IMG/VR virus record: IMGVR_UViG_3300020468_000003 | Coordinates: 1-64,000 of that record | Strand: one strand, 5' to 3' | Source of the DNA: a virus | Length of the DNA stretch: 64,000 nucleotides | Shown here: one piece after another, positions 43,701 to 51,539 of the stretch | Layout of the letters: every line of letters starts with the position of its first letter | Position numbering within the stretch: position 1 is the first letter of the stretch | Position numbers and translations under genes: made by a program | Notes under the pieces: model-generated | Seen by the model: the letters and a program-made list of their open reading frames with translations, nothing else | Told to the model about the DNA's origin: nothing | The model's database searches: none

Positions 43701-45491
43701 AAAGGTTATAGCAGTTCCAACCACTATAGATGGTGTTGAAGGTACAGTGTCTTGTCTAAATGTATAAGATGGAAGAGAGTTAGATGCAACATACAAAAAC
43801 TCTTCACCATAAAATCCAAAATCAAGATCTTCGCTATAAACGTTCTGTACGTCCGCAAATAAGTCTGAATATTGTAGAGGTACAAATTTACTTGTAGTCT
43901 TCTTTGGTACTCTTCTAATCGAATGTGGGATGCTTGCATCAGTGCTAAATCCAGTATAATCTAGTGTTACTTGCTTATCATTAAAATCAATAGCAGTAAC
44001 TTTAGCATTTGTTAATTTTACCTCTTTAGTGCTATCGTTTATAATATCAACGCGATCATTTATTTTTAAACTTGCTTTATCAATTGTAGACTTTAAAGTA
44101 AACTGTTTTGTACCTGTATCAATATTAGAACATTCATAACTGGAACTAGTATTGTATATGAAAGAATTAGCAAATCTTTCCTTATCAGTTCTATCTGCTG
44201 CTGATACTGGATTATTAATTACATCTCCTAATTCTTTAACTGTTATTTTTTCATTAACTAATGCAAGACCTGCATCTTTTGCAAGATTTATATTTGATAC
44301 TATTGCTGCTACTCTTAAGTTAACTGGTTTAGTGAAATCTCCATTTTCGTAACCAAATATAATTTTGTCAGATCTAATATCAGCAGCTGCTGTAATATCA
44401 TTATCAATACCAGAACAATTTAAAAATTGGTTTATTGTTTTATCAGTATATGTTATAGTGTTAATACCACTAAGAACAGTTCCAGTTGCATCAAACCCAA
44501 CAGTAGAATCAACTGTAATTACTGAAGATCCAGCTGAAACATTAGTTATAGATTTTGTATTAGGAGTTACTTCAAAATCCCCTTCAATGAGATCTTTATT
44601 ACTATATCCAATAAACAGTGCTAACTTATAATATGTCTTATTATTTCTAGTTAATATTTCAATTTCAGATACTGCTGCTTTTGTTCTAGGATTACTTTTA
44701 CTATAAATTGTTTGTCCTACTAATTTATTAACATCTCCTGATAGTTTTTCTACTAAAACTATTTCTCTTCTAATATATTCTGCATCAGAGGGTTTTAATA
44801 GAAACTGTTCTAAGTCAATAACAGAAGGTGAAACACCAAATAAAACTTTGTAGAGTATTCTAAATGATTCTTCTGTACCTTTTGATTGATAAAAAGTTCT
44901 TGCTTCTTTAATAAAATTACCAGCATCCAATTCAGGTACGAAACCTACATCTTCTAAACCAGGTGTATATGAATATTTTATCTTTTTATAAAATTCTTTT
45001 AAAAATAAAGAACTTAAATTCTGTACTGGAGATTCATTAGTATGATCTGCACTAACCGATGTATCAAATACAAGTTCTTCTGAATCACTAAGACTATGGT
45101 AGGATGTTATTCCACTAAAACCACGTACACAACCTGTAAAAGTATTTGTAGTTAAACCAGTATATGTAATTATTTCATCATCAATCTTAAGAAGACCATA
45201 TTCATTAGGAAATCCTCTTGTACTTTCAACAGTAATAGTACTATCTGTTGAAACAGAATCTGAAGTAAGAGAAGTAACACCTACAATAACTTGTGGTGTT
45301 AATTGGTCAAGACTTAAATACTGGTCAAGATTATCAACCAGGTCAATAGGACCTCCTTGATACTCCTGTGAACGGTAGTATTGCTGAAAGAATTCTACTG
45401 TCTTAGGACTTTGATCTAAAATATATTCAGGTAATTGTCCTTCTATCAGTTGGTGAACCTTTACTCTCGATTCGATACCAGTTTGTATCAT
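31731..45491 (-). CDS. g7: Giant baseplate wedge initiator (gp7-like), 4586 aa
   Basis: QLPE....P....F...YY, FY.SKGT..SF..L..VLFG, DNDYYQ..SYS.KS, V..LVH..G.K.F; lies between g6 and g8; many inserted domains. Confidence 0.8.
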   Translation of the reverse strand: MIQTGIESRVKVHQLIEGQLPEYILDQSPKTVEFFQQYYRSQEYQGGPIDLVDNLDQYLSLDQLTPQVIVGVTSLTSDSVSTDSTITVESTRGFPNEYGLLKIDDEIITYTGLTTNTFTGCVRGFSGITSYHSLSDSEELVFDTSVSADHTNESPVQNLSSLFLKEFYKKIKYSYTPGLEDVGFVPELDAGNFIKEARTFYQSKGTEESFRILYKVLFGVSPSVIDLEQFLLKPSDAEYIRREIVLVEKLSGDVNKLVGQTIYSKSNPRTKAAVSEIEILTRNNKTYYKLALFIGYSNKDLIEGDFEVTPNTKSITNVSAGSSVITVDSTVGFDATGTVLSGINTITYTDKTINQFLNCSGIDNDITAAADIRSDKIIFGYENGDFTKPVNLRVAAIVSNINLAKDAGLALVNEKITVKELGDVINNPVSAADRTDKERFANSFIYNTSSSYECSNIDTGTKQFTLKSTIDKASLKINDRVDIINDSTKEVKLTNAKVTAIDFNDKQVTLDYTGFSTDASIPHSIRRVPKKTTSKFVPLQYSDLFADVQNVYSEDLDFGFYGEEFLYVASNSLPSYTFRQDTVPSTPSIVVGTAITFIGAGNTETNALQADTGELAYSIINFPTDVPFLTGDEVVYEPENVAITGLDTGKSYYVRVLNDKNKIKLYSSNSFIQGDLNLEFDPLIVGVGGKHTFTLRSVHQKQIEPQKLLRKFPLIPRENDGLDTTTETVGMMINGVEIKNYKSQDKIYSGPLTSVNVVNSGTGYDVINPPTMEVANTGSGTTALVRPVLSGSVDKILVDPQTKELDKVISVSITGGGPGNGVALEPVVEQSFLSASFDARLLTFGGGIGETAETITFLGEHNFADGEEVVYRTNGNPALGIGTFAASNADQNRFLIENTKYIAEFVNSKTIRLYFSETDFKTGINTVGFTTTSNSGIHRFRTFNGKKTLKSIRVIEGGSNYQNRELSVKPVGISTIDHLVNFKNHGFQEGDLVEYQNSGTVISGLVTTNQYYIFEKSKDQFRVADAGVAGTIRDNYDSKLYIKLDSVGSGFHQFKYPDIKLNINVSFGAAGTGVITATPYVRGNIIDAYLYETGTGYGSTTLNFERSPSVSIKNGKGASLYPVVVGGKLIRVDVRSRGSEYFSVPEAIVVGDGSGAVVRPIIRDGQLIEVVVISEGTNYTQAKTSISVTSAGKNAILSSSVRSLIINDAQRHGSEYLYPTLKKGLEYVNLSYSNEIASGEFNDTGTTHSPIIGYAYDGHPIYGPFGYSDPLDPTSGVRPLQVGYKLDPSIIVDRPSGFANGFFIEDYRYDATGDLDIHNTRFCKTPEYPNGTYAYFAGISTDGLFTPKFPYFVGKRFRSLNQLDDKDQSFDLNSSELVRNTFPHQLGITGSRNDFIIESQSFFSQESEIESTTKGSITGVDIRNAGINYKVDDVINFDNEGTNGGGASAIISKVEGATVTSIASSVSEFTNCTLQWSNNKITVKVDPFHTFNTNDVISISGLSTFVDQIAGLRRVAISTENFNIYQDIPANGSSGIMTDIYVSSIPNSLSIGSTIGIGTEVLSVLNIFNERGIIRAKRGVTGTAHTTTTRGFVYPNTFEIPIESSFFDSSLNEKVFFNPTESVGVGSTAGIESTIEYPLGDRNYDISIANQSIYLPNHPFRSGERVILRKNAGGSSISVANTESSATFDIGDTDQNLFVINKSSDFIGIVTQSGLTTSTNGLFFFSNGSDNYEYSLEPTKNKIICVVQKNDAVISVSTAHNLQPDDQISLSVVPNRSVGIGTSTKVRVKYNFDIEKLVIDPIGFTSTAIDTLDNIVTLNNHPFVTGEKIYYNAQDEVATGLEPGLFYVYKIDKNRFKLALTYEDSIASPPKIVSIGSTGGAEQELSAINPRLFPTKGNNVVFDLSDSTLQGFKFNLYTDQTFENQFVSVANTTTFSTSGVGTVGVTSTASFTLTYTDALIDVVPDPTQPLFYNVEKGGFISTADSTVVNFNQITFDNSKYDGTYSVVGVASTSFVISLLKDPELNLYTPDNTTTMKYSTDSKNALGPISKLKMVSEGNDYKQLPGISSITTLNGSDAVLFAQSPTVGKIKEIRVIDQAFEYNTDKSLRPEANIPSTLELKSNLTITDVQIVDGGNNYTTAPDIAIVDSITGEKIDDGILTTEVQSSSVSSINIFEQPSGLNFNSKNLFTINNSNGVGISTMQTSSSGIVTCFLTTPLLGFSTSIFTVGEQIFVEGITKNGIGGSGFNSEDYGFRFFDVISYENLIPAKLKFSVAGLTTNPGLADTTQGSFATIVKRSNYPVFKVTQGKSKFVSGEQLFVNGESTDLNVTTVLPDYIKTSGKFEVKSGDSLRGVQSGSSGTIEAIIKSDAKFDIDFSVRANRGWKKNTGELNNDIQVLPDNDYYQNLSYSVKSPIQYKDSIDVINRLVHTTGLKNFVDVGLSTNTSVGIGVTTVKSLIFTDLIDESRVDTIYGFAQARDADNQLIEGRNTSKFLEFRFKSFVDSIICKTNRVLVIDDVSKQFTNKENVNDTFIDLDESGKDFARYLVQIRSTNNLQNAIYEMIVLHDPQFESAFTLRKGYLSSTGIANTTTNEYNWTELEFATLEGNVDEFDTLSLRFTPNDVFNIDYDVKFIKDTFNGNVVGLASTSIGLIKNQSTNAIVGVGSTNTILEYDSDNFDAMHVHLHLNANDLYTQNYTELYVHHDGTDTYVSDYYVDSDSAQGFNGNDFSNFVASVANGKLTLSYTNPLTVPVTVRANAVGFGSTSNADGALRFKIGTSQADGNERSAYFSGNSTVGTGETTIFSADATLTNSIKSLVSVSYGATYALHQILTLSPDSTDTYSTQYPFLSIGSTTGIGTFGAAIDGSNVAVKFYPDSSVTGIVTIKSFNEVLYQEVEIENLYQNINYGSIKTQEFGIGLFDATNSSRINKTSFRMDYQDTPIFQKFWNPSETTVLNKVTGEFSITNHFFETGEELIYRAGSSVAGLTSTSIGIGVTADSIGIVTNKLPYQVYAIRTNNEKFKIATRPEYAAAGIAVTFTDEGSGNKHSFEMVKKLEKAIISIDDVIQSPLSYTPIVYDLEANGGQIGTASTVFSMTGITSIGNGDILKIDNEFMKVGGVGLGTTSVGPISDGDVKLVEVIRGYVGTAATLHTDGTAARIYRGSYNFAGQNIFFTDPPKGSGLVTINESNLPKGFSEFNGRVFLRKDYTNNLIYDDVSNEFTGIAQTFTVRQSGVSTTGIETGSGLVLINGIFQTPTTDNNAGNNFFYKQSGSDSQITFTGITSTDGTPVVSLQDPNQNAFPKGGLIISLGSTTGLGFAPLLGADVLPVIGAGGSISGIIGIPTFTTPGKSISTASYDFNTGILDLTTGTAHNLNAQNQDVYLEGARFTSALGITTYGNSTLGNIFRITEIVDSTNIKVKIGISTFDQTYVGFGTVYPYYNSTARAFGSGYNGRVAIGVSVYEPGHVGNTANITAEVKTNKHKFWYSTANNIYYGGNYLHTFDSASTGAVNVQSGSEVGNQKTPNGASYDAISGVLTLSFSSAHGMSTSDTITLDEGSINFKCARDHFATVHAYPRPHDPIAGVTTAVTVTSSTAFTINVGASVNSSVSISTASYEPSTGDLVLNLGAGHGFTAAGILTTSSASYNPSTGVLTVNTSTAHGMVTGERVQLADNSFTFTCAKDNNISEHYYPREDDPASGRWLAITKVDADTFTVVVGTSSDTSTHTFVGSQPGNIRTDGPNGSIGIHTRSLTFRCAQDNFATDHSYPRATDPIHRAVLGIGATTTETITVNAGTSVNGTGGQVEFTIVDGGSGYTNPDVLVDEPTYTDLDITGVSRRGIGATTVTGINELINLKLGANSSPIFANRFADAADLIEANKLIIADISVGEMLDVYPSFSVPGGSQNCKDDVVDVLEAVAFNLRFGGNDEIWDAANLYITGAHVAGEEQESIYVFHAARDLANKVINNVAIAKSDYTTRDQVFDLTITADPAVGYNTDANGCANVRSSINSFIGIVTSSIGFGTVTSKKSFAPAKFFEVSDFSIKGAGYAFQLGDVFAPVGLVTAKGLKKPLKPFELEVVEVFSDRFASWQFGQLDFIDPIDNLQDDVRTVFPLFYNAELVSFQIDTNDNDSKLIDIDATLVVFINGVLQEPTKAYLFDGGSSIQFLEAPKKEDKVSIFFYNGTRSIDSVETDIAESVKVGDTLSVRKASGIQTSVNQSEGRIVYDIASSDRIETNAYADAGIDEFNDRSVNWTKQKRDIFINGEKISKARDSIEGMVFPTSRIIRDVNVGDTDILLDNGQFFNYEENESSVVTAYVDAVVLDEINTVSAAATATVDSSGKVTATTITNTGFGYTTATVDVKFSSPKFIGVGIGTTATGTATITNGAVASISVTNVGLGYTNSLNTPVPPQIIIPQPRLINEVVTNIQSVQGNTGIITGISTVAGIGTDLAIKFFTNNTTDLQVGYHIVVTDSTVGSGVTSIYTHDNDIIGVGTEFVDNIFRVHQIPVANEIVCNIKSDTITTGIQTLGTSIYNPNGYYSWGRLTNLVRNSEPIAIGISGRTVTAGLSTYPLIQRRGYGLRDNGAIRKTLPD

Positions 45492-45494
45492 ATT

Positions 45495-47393
45495 TTATCC
45501 TCTTTTTAGCTCTCCGTTGCTATAACTAGATGTTACCTTAAATCCTACACCTGAAATCTTCTCTCCTGAAGATATAGTGTCCTTAATCATATTTATCGTA
45601 CTTTTTGAAACATCAAACTCAAGGTATAAATCCTTCAATCCAACTACATCATTAGATTCTGGGAATGCTTGAACTTCAATTATATCATCTGCTAAAACAG
45701 TACTGGTTATTAAAGTTGTAGTTAGAATTACTTCTCCTTTTATATAATCTACAATACCTGCAGATTTAATAACAACTCTATTTTCTCCAGTTTCTTCAAT
45801 TGGTTTAACTATTGAAAGAACACCAGTTCTTCCATCTGTATTAGGAATATCTGTTAAGTAAACTATATCAGGTTCATTGATAATTCTAAATCCAGTACTT
45901 TTTATATTGAAACCACCACTATTTACATGGAATCTGTTTCCGAAGCATAATTCATACTGTGCTTCTTGATTTACAAGTGCTCTTAGATTTCTTCTAATCC
46001 TTACTCTTGTAATATTAGAAGTTATAGAACGATCTACATCATCAATTACATTTAAAATCTTACTATATTTAAATCTTCCACCAAATTTACTTAAATCCAC
46101 AGAATTTGAGTATGATTGAAGAGAATTTGAAACGTTTGTCTTCAAATTATCAACGTTTGTAATCTGAGATGAGTTGAAATAGACTGAAGAATCAACTTCA
46201 ACATAAAGAATTTTAATATCAACAAGTTTTTGGTTAATTCCTGTTAATGCATAACTCTTTAATTTACTCAAAATAAAGTCTTTATCAAAATCTGACACAA
46301 AATCGCCATTTTTTGGTTTAATACTAATCCTAACAGTACCAAATTCAGGTGGTTCTAACTCTTCCCCACCAACAACTGATATAGATTCAGTGTTTGGGTA
46401 GATATTTTGTATGATTGCCTCATAATCTCTTGCTGTAACTGCTCTAAATTGAGCAGCATATAATCTTGGAGCAAAATATTTAACTGATTCTATGGGTTCT
46501 ATGTCTGTTCCACTAGTACTTTTAGTAACTGTAGTTAATTGTGCTGATGTTACTGTAACAGGATTGTTCAAACTGTTTATAAATGTACCTGCAAATGAGA
46601 AATTAGCAGCTCCATTACCCAATTCTCCATCTGTAACGATGTAGGTTACTGTAATTTCTGTCCCATTTTCTAATTTTTTACCAAAAATACCATCTCCAAA
46701 GAGTAATTCGTACTTCTCATCCTGTACTTCTTGTATTAAATATATTTCCGAATCAGATCCAACACCAATAATATTATCAACAAGTGAATATTCTCTTCCA
46801 GTACCTGATTCTCCTACACCTTTTACCTTAACAACAATGGTTTGTATGTCTATAAATGGGTTATCAAGTAAAAAACGTTGATCTAAACTACCATCAACTG
46901 TAAATTTCTTCTTTAAAAGTGCTCCTTGATATATTAAAACTGGATCTTCGAGTGTACCAAAACTTGCTTTACCATCTACTACTGCTGTGGTAATAGGTTC
47001 TGGTATAGAAAATATGTAAGAACTATCATCTGTAGCACCCACACATACTGGTCCTCTTGCTTCAAGGGTAAGTGTTGCTAAACTTGCTGAACATTCTACA
47101 TCCAATCTTATACTTGCTCTTGAACAAGTTCTAGAACGAGGTACATATCCTATTCCTCTTGCCAAAGATACGACATTTTCCCTCAAAGTTGCAGAATCTA
47201 AGAAAGATTCATTAACAACCATGTTTGCATTGAAGGAGTTAATGTAAGTATTGTATGCTAAAGTATTTAAAAGAACCGAAAAGTTAGATCCCTCAAAATC
47301 AAAATCAGTAAAAGTAGAATTTGCTCTCAAATAATCTTTTAACTGTGTCTTGATTTGATCAAAATCTAAGTTTGTAAATTTAGTAAAAGGCAT
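45495..47393 (-). CDS. g6: Baseplate wedge subunit gp6
   Basis: LDFDQIK..LK.YL, FTD.DFEGS, LAYNTY, E.FLDSA.LR.NVVSLA..IGY.PRS, RAVT..DY. Confidence 0.95.
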   Translation of the reverse strand: MPFTKFTNLDFDQIKTQLKDYLRANSTFTDFDFEGSNFSVLLNTLAYNTYINSFNANMVVNESFLDSATLRENVVSLARGIGYVPRSRTCSRASIRLDVECSASLATLTLEARGPVCVGATDDSSYIFSIPEPITTAVVDGKASFGTLEDPVLIYQGALLKKKFTVDGSLDQRFLLDNPFIDIQTIVVKVKGVGESGTGREYSLVDNIIGVGSDSEIYLIQEVQDEKYELLFGDGIFGKKLENGTEITVTYIVTDGELGNGAANFSFAGTFINSLNNPVTVTSAQLTTVTKSTSGTDIEPIESVKYFAPRLYAAQFRAVTARDYEAIIQNIYPNTESISVVGGEELEPPEFGTVRISIKPKNGDFVSDFDKDFILSKLKSYALTGINQKLVDIKILYVEVDSSVYFNSSQITNVDNLKTNVSNSLQSYSNSVDLSKFGGRFKYSKILNVIDDVDRSITSNITRVRIRRNLRALVNQEAQYELCFGNRFHVNSGGFNIKSTGFRIINEPDIVYLTDIPNTDGRTGVLSIVKPIEETGENRVVIKSAGIVDYIKGEVILTTTLITSTVLADDIIEVQAFPESNDVVGLKDLYLEFDVSKSTINMIKDTISSGEKISGVGFKVTSSYSNGELKRG

Positions 47394-47394
47394 A

Positions 47395-47796
47395 TTATCT
47401 TGTTGCTTCTAATAGGAACGTATAATCTTGTGTTGGTGCAGATTCTCCAATCAAACTGAAGTTTACATTTACTTCAAATTGATTATCATCTGGATTCGCA
47501 TCCACTTTAACTACTAAGTTAGAGACTCTTGGTTCAAAGTTTAGTATTGCTTCTGTAATTTCACGTTCAATTACTGATGCTGTAGCAAAATCAACAAAGT
47601 CGAACAATGATCTACGGACATTTGATCCGAAGAGACTATCAAAAAATCTTTCTCCACGAATAGTTTGAACGATATTGCTTACAGACTTACGAATACACGC
47701 AGTATCTCTCAATACAGGTATATCTTTTGTAACAGGATGTGGTTCAAAAGATAGACTTATATCTCTAAATTCTCGTGATCTTAATTGGGATGCCAT
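47395..47796 (-). CDS. g25: Baseplate wedge subunit gp25
   Basis: DISLSF..HPVT.D, I..SV.N.V.T..GERFF...FGS, I.NFEPRV. Confidence 0.93.
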   Translation of the reverse strand: MASQLRSREFRDISLSFEPHPVTKDIPVLRDTACIRKSVSNIVQTIRGERFFDSLFGSNVRRSLFDFVDFATASVIEREITEAILNFEPRVSNLVVKVDANPDDNQFEVNVNFSLIGESAPTQDYTFLLEATR

Positions 47797-47832
47797 TTAT
47801 ACAATACTTCTTCATTGTATTTAGCATGTTTT

Positions 47833-48348
47833 TTACAATAAGTTACAAGGATAGTGTTTATTGGGTTGTTCCCACCAAAAATGGAGGTCAAATTGGTCGC
47901 TATCGTACTGTAAAGACGTTAAATTGCACTTAAAACGACTATGTTGGCTCTCACAAAGTGCTACAGCATACAAATCAGCACCTGATGCCCTTGTCATTAC
48001 GTTACATAACTCCATCAAATTATTTCCTTGCACTACACCAGACTGAACTAATACAAACTTATCCCATCTTCTCTGCCACTTCATAAAATTCTGTGTAAAT
48101 TCAGTTAAATACTCAGTTTTGTCTTCATCTGGGTATGGAACGTTAACTGATTCAATATTAAATATCTCTTCATCCACTGTTAGACTATGAGAAATTATTT
48201 GTGTCGCAATTCCTGAGTAATCAGGAGCAACACACAGGAAACAAGTGTTTTTTGGATGAATTGGCATCTTTGCCATCTTCATTTTATACACTAATTCCTG
48301 TATTAATGCCCTTTCTTTATCTTCTGATATAAAAAGTAGTTTTTTCAC
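47833..48348 (-). CDS. Hypothetical protein, degenerate PRTase-like fold
   Basis: FVLVQSGVVQGNN sits where a PRPP-binding loop would be; C-terminal F.WE. Confidence 0.55.
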   Translation of the reverse strand: MKKLLFISEDKERALIQELVYKMKMAKMPIHPKNTCFLCVAPDYSGIATQIISHSLTVDEEIFNIESVNVPYPDEDKTEYLTEFTQNFMKWQRRWDKFVLVQSGVVQGNNLMELCNVMTRASGADLYAVALCESQHSRFKCNLTSLQYDSDQFDLHFWWEQPNKHYPCNLL

Positions 48349-49148
48349 CCTAATTCTGGATAATCTGTGTAATTTATACCATCAATTTGGGGACCTCCGT
48401 AGTTTATGCCATCAATTGATGGATCTGCAGTCACATAAAACTCAGATGCAGTGTTTCCGACACCTACTTCACCTACTAGATCCCAACCTGATGGATCATT
48501 ATTCCTTTCTTTTGCTGTTTTCCAGTAATAATTGTCCTCAGAACCCAATCCATCTCTATCATGACCATTTTCAACCTGATAATACACCGTTGAGACCTTA
48601 AAATCGGGCACTTTTGGTGTTTCTGGGGTTAAACTGTTATCATATATCCTCATTCTGTTGTTAGGATAGAGTGCAAACTGCCCATTATCCAGTTCTAAGA
48701 GGTTAAAAGACTTATGTTCAGCAGGTTGTTCGCTAGTTGAGTAATCAATTGCGTCTACATCCTGATGATAGTTGTCTAAAGTACAAATATATGTACCACT
48801 TTGCGTTCCGAAGTCTCTTGTATAGATTTCATAGTGCATTGAACCCACAAATTGCTTCTGAGTTGCCACTACACCATAGTCCATACAGTTCCAAAACTGT
48901 AAATTATGCAATGTCATGTCTGGAGTTGGTGTTTCTGGGTCTGAAACAAACGCAGAAATCGGCAACTTATCAAACATCGCAGCATATTCGGGTAAATACG
49001 TCTCAAAATAAAAGGCACGACCAGGAATACTCTTAGCCGATACCCATACTCCTTTAACAAACTCACCATGACCACTCTTATGGTCGGTTAAGTATTCCTT
49101 TCTTACCCACACTTCATAAGAAGGTAAATTACAAATAAGTGCTGGCAT
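48345..49148 (-). CDS. Conserved-type hypothetical protein
   Basis: 267-aa ORF, NLP...VWVRKEYL.D...GHGEF, LDNGQFALYPNNR; C-terminal IDGINY duplicated. Confidence 0.8.
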   Translation of the reverse strand: MPALICNLPSYEVWVRKEYLTDHKSGHGEFVKGVWVSAKSIPGRAFYFETYLPEYAAMFDKLPISAFVSDPETPTPDMTLHNLQFWNCMDYGVVATQKQFVGSMHYEIYTRDFGTQSGTYICTLDNYHQDVDAIDYSTSEQPAEHKSFNLLELDNGQFALYPNNRMRIYDNSLTPETPKVPDFKVSTVYYQVENGHDRDGLGSEDNYYWKTAKERNNDPSGWDLVGEVGVGNTASEFYVTADPSIDGINYGGPQIDGINYTDYPELG

Positions 49149-49153
49149 CTAAG

Positions 49154-49276
49154 TTATCTCCCCTGTCCTCTGTATCTCTTACGAGCCGAGTTACGCGATG
49201 TGGGGGCATATTTTGAATGCTTACCTCTTCCTTGTCGAGACTTTTTAGGTTTTCTGTCTCCTTCTTTCATTGCCAT
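49154..49276 (-). CDS. Very basic 40-aa peptide
   Basis: Manual translation MAMKEGDRKPKKSRQGRGKHSKYAPTSRNSARKRYRGQGR. Confidence 0.7.
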   Translation of the reverse strand: MAMKEGDRKPKKSRQGRGKHSKYAPTSRNSARKRYRGQGR

Positions 49277-49279
49277 AGT

Positions 49280-49438
49280 TTATTTTCGTATTGTTTCGAG
49301 TGATTCAGGTCGAGGGGTTCCCTCGCTGTAAAATTTCTGAGAAAGATCCATCATAGTATCGAAGTATTCTTCCTCAGTTAAGTTTTGGTAGACGAGTTCC
49401 CCGTCCACCTTAATATCAAATAACTCTAGTCTTTTCAT
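49280..49438 (-). CDS. Small hypothetical protein (52 aa)
   Basis: Manual translation MKRLELFDIKVDGELVYQNLTEEEYFDTMMDLSQKFYSEGTPRPESLETIRK. Confidence 0.65.
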   Translation of the reverse strand: MKRLELFDIKVDGELVYQNLTEEEYFDTMMDLSQKFYSEGTPRPESLETIRK

Positions 49439-50315
49439 GTCCTACACGGATACGAGGGTCGCACCAGATTTCAAAACCTGCTTCCTTTGCATCAAGACAG
49501 AAAGATACGTCCTCTCCGCACATATCCTGCACTTCTCCAGATTCAAAGACCTGCATCTTAGGTGCGAACCATGGATAAGGCATTTCTGGATGCTCAAATA
49601 CTCCATGTTTAATCAGCAACCATCCGAAACCTGTATAGTCTACTGTAAAAGGTTTGCGTCTTTTCTGTATTGTTTCAAGAGTTTCATGATTCATAACTCC
49701 ACCATTAGATCGGAAATCATCCTCCTCTAACCAGTGTGCAACTGAAGTAGTTTGACCATCTTCAGTACAATACCAACCACCAACAATTGATCTTTCCTTA
49801 CTCGGATCAACCTTAAGGTTCTGTCCAATAACCTGACTTGCTGCTTTACCATCAGCATCTAATACAGCATTACCATCTTTATCAAGTATATCCTGTACTA
49901 CATCTTCCTTGGTAATTGCTTCTTCTGGTGTTGCCATCAGAACAAGTTGATAAAACTTCTCTGAGTTGAATACTATATCACTATCAATCCATAACTGATA
50001 ATCATACTTTAACTTACCATCCCAAGGTATCTGATCAGGACCACGAAGAACGTTTGCTCCTAAACATTTACATCTTGCAAAGTTCACCATTGAACTATAG
50101 TCTTGAGAAATCTGAATACTTGCTCCTGCTTGTACTAGATCAAAACATAGTTGAACGAATGACTTTAAAAAGATATAACTTACACCTCTACCAGGTAAAC
50201 AGAATACTACTGTTTTTCCTTTTATTAATTGTCTTGCTAAAGCATAATCCCATTCTTCCTTTTTTGGTTTGGACTTGACGGGGGTTTTTGCTTTAACTGT
50301 AAATCCTTTAGCCAT
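49416..50315 (-). CDS. GT-A fold glycosyltransferase-like protein
   Basis: LWIDSDIVF (DxD), V.Y.GFG.LLIK..VFE....PWF, GEDVSFC..A...GF.IW.DP...VGHEK. Confidence 0.75.
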   Translation of the reverse strand: MAKGFTVKAKTPVKSKPKKEEWDYALARQLIKGKTVVFCLPGRGVSYIFLKSFVQLCFDLVQAGASIQISQDYSSMVNFARCKCLGANVLRGPDQIPWDGKLKYDYQLWIDSDIVFNSEKFYQLVLMATPEEAITKEDVVQDILDKDGNAVLDADGKAASQVIGQNLKVDPSKERSIVGGWYCTEDGQTTSVAHWLEEDDFRSNGGVMNHETLETIQKRRKPFTVDYTGFGWLLIKHGVFEHPEMPYPWFAPKMQVFESGEVQDMCGEDVSFCLDAKEAGFEIWCDPRIRVGHEKTRVI

Positions 50316-50337
50316 AATGTGTTGTAATTACATTCAT

Positions 50338-50366
50338 ATCATACACTATTATATAGTGGTTGTCAA
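50338..50366 (-). promoter_or_regulatory. Sigma70 promoter with a palindromic spacer
   Basis: TTGACA, 17 bp spacer, TATGAT; the spacer contains CACTAT-ATA-ATAGTG. Confidence 0.8.
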
Positions 50367-50585
50367 TTAGTATGAATGATCATCAAGAGAGGGGTTTTCC
50401 ACCTCTATTTTTTGTGCAGGTAACTTAGTATATGATAGGTCTTCTTCTTTATATGATGTATGCATTAGACCAACCATTGCTTTAAGTGTAGTCCAAGTAA
50501 CTTTGAAATCTTCTTCTTTTACCGAATGTAATATACAATCCTTACCTGCGTAAAAATGATATATGGTATCAGTTTCTTTAATCAT
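50367..50585 (-). CDS. Hypothetical protein
   Basis: ORF track; coupled to the upstream ORF. Confidence 0.7.
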   Translation of the reverse strand: MIKETDTIYHFYAGKDCILHSVKEEDFKVTWTTLKAMVGLMHTSYKEEDLSYTKLPAQKIEVENPSLDDHSY

Positions 50586-50757
50586 CTTCTTTTTCTTTTA
50601 AGATTAATTCGTTATCTGAGGATATGTCTAATTGTAGCATAGTTCCCTCATACCATCCCATATCGTTAACCATCCACTCAGGCAGATCAATCATGAAGTT
50701 CCCAGTTATGGGATCGACCTCTACAGGCGAAAAATTTTCTGCGGGATTTTTTTGCAT
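50578..50757 (-). CDS. AbrB/MazE-like swapped-hairpin DNA-binding protein
   Basis: Probable start MQKNPAENF; VEVD...G...I.LPE......GW.EG..L.......LIL pattern. Confidence 0.6.
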   Translation of the reverse strand: MQKNPAENFSPVEVDPITGNFMIDLPEWMVNDMGWYEGTMLQLDISSDNELILKEKEDD

Positions 50758-50899
50758 ATCATGAAAAATCGTATTGGATTTCGTATGGGTTTTGACTTTA
50801 TGTATAACGTTCAATATTTACCTCTCGAATCGGGTCGTTTATAGCTTATCGGTACCTACCCGTTTTATATACGGGGTCGGCATACTGCAACTGCACTAA

Positions 50900-51085
50900 C
50901 TAATAATAATTAGTGCTCTGCGGTTGTCCTGATACTGGGCATGGGGGTAATGGTTCGCCTGTGTAATATGGGTTCCAATAGTTTGCCAGTTCAGCAGTGG
51001 GGAGGTGTGGTTGGATGCTTACATATGTCCCAGTGTTGGAATATGTAACCCACCTGCGATCTCTGGATTTGAGATCGCTTGCCAT
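50900..51085 (-). CDS. Hypothetical protein (last gene of the early array)
   Basis: Probable ATG at 51085 (MASDLKSRDRRW...), within track ORF 50900..51142. Confidence 0.55.
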   Translation of the reverse strand: MASDLKSRDRRWVTYSNTGTYVSIQPHLPTAELANYWNPYYTGEPLPPCPVSGQPQSTNYY

Positions 51086-51093
51086 AATTAATC

Positions 51094-51516
51094 TCATACT
51101 GCGAACCTCTTCTTTCCATGGTAGAAGTTGTATTCTCTGCACATGGTTCTAACCTGTAGATCTGTATCCCATTCTGTATCCTCTGGAAATAGGTTGTCTA
51201 ACGTTCTGATTCTGCTGATCTTCTGCCAGACTGAAGAGGTGCTATGCTTAGTGTTTGGAAACTCAGAAAAGAATACTGCTCTTGCTGATTCCATGTCCGC
51301 ATGGTTCAGTAGGTACGCATTTAATAGGCACTCTGTCTCAGCATCTGTATAAGGTGTCTTTTTCTTAGATGCTGTTCTTTTAGCGTCCTCTAAAAGTTTT
51401 CTTCCGTGCTTGAATAGCAGTCTGTCTGCTCTCTCAAAGTTGTGTAGTCCTAAGTACTTAACCTGTTCCTTAAGTTCGTTGAATGTGTCGATTGCTAACT
51501 GGTCTGTTGAGTTCAT
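51094..51516 (-). CDS. Hypothetical protein with a Myb/SANT-like helical segment
   Basis: PYTDAETECLL.AY........A...F...FP...HS.SSV.QK...I. Confidence 0.6.
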   Translation of the reverse strand: MNSTDQLAIDTFNELKEQVKYLGLHNFERADRLLFKHGRKLLEDAKRTASKKKTPYTDAETECLLNAYLLNHADMESARAVFFSEFPNTKHSTSSVWQKISRIRTLDNLFPEDTEWDTDLQVRTMCREYNFYHGKKRFAV

Positions 51517-51539
51517 AATGTTTGTTTGTGTATACTACA

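Noticed and set aside
19888-45491. Diversity-generating retroelement acting on fibre genes
   Set aside because: No reverse transcriptase is present, and no template/variable repeat pair was noticed by eye.
38-50278. Plus-strand ORFs in the track across the structural module (e.g. 1600..2031, 4542..4916, 21068..21892)
   Set aside because: They are antisense shadows of well-supported minus-strand genes and show no recognisable protein motifs.
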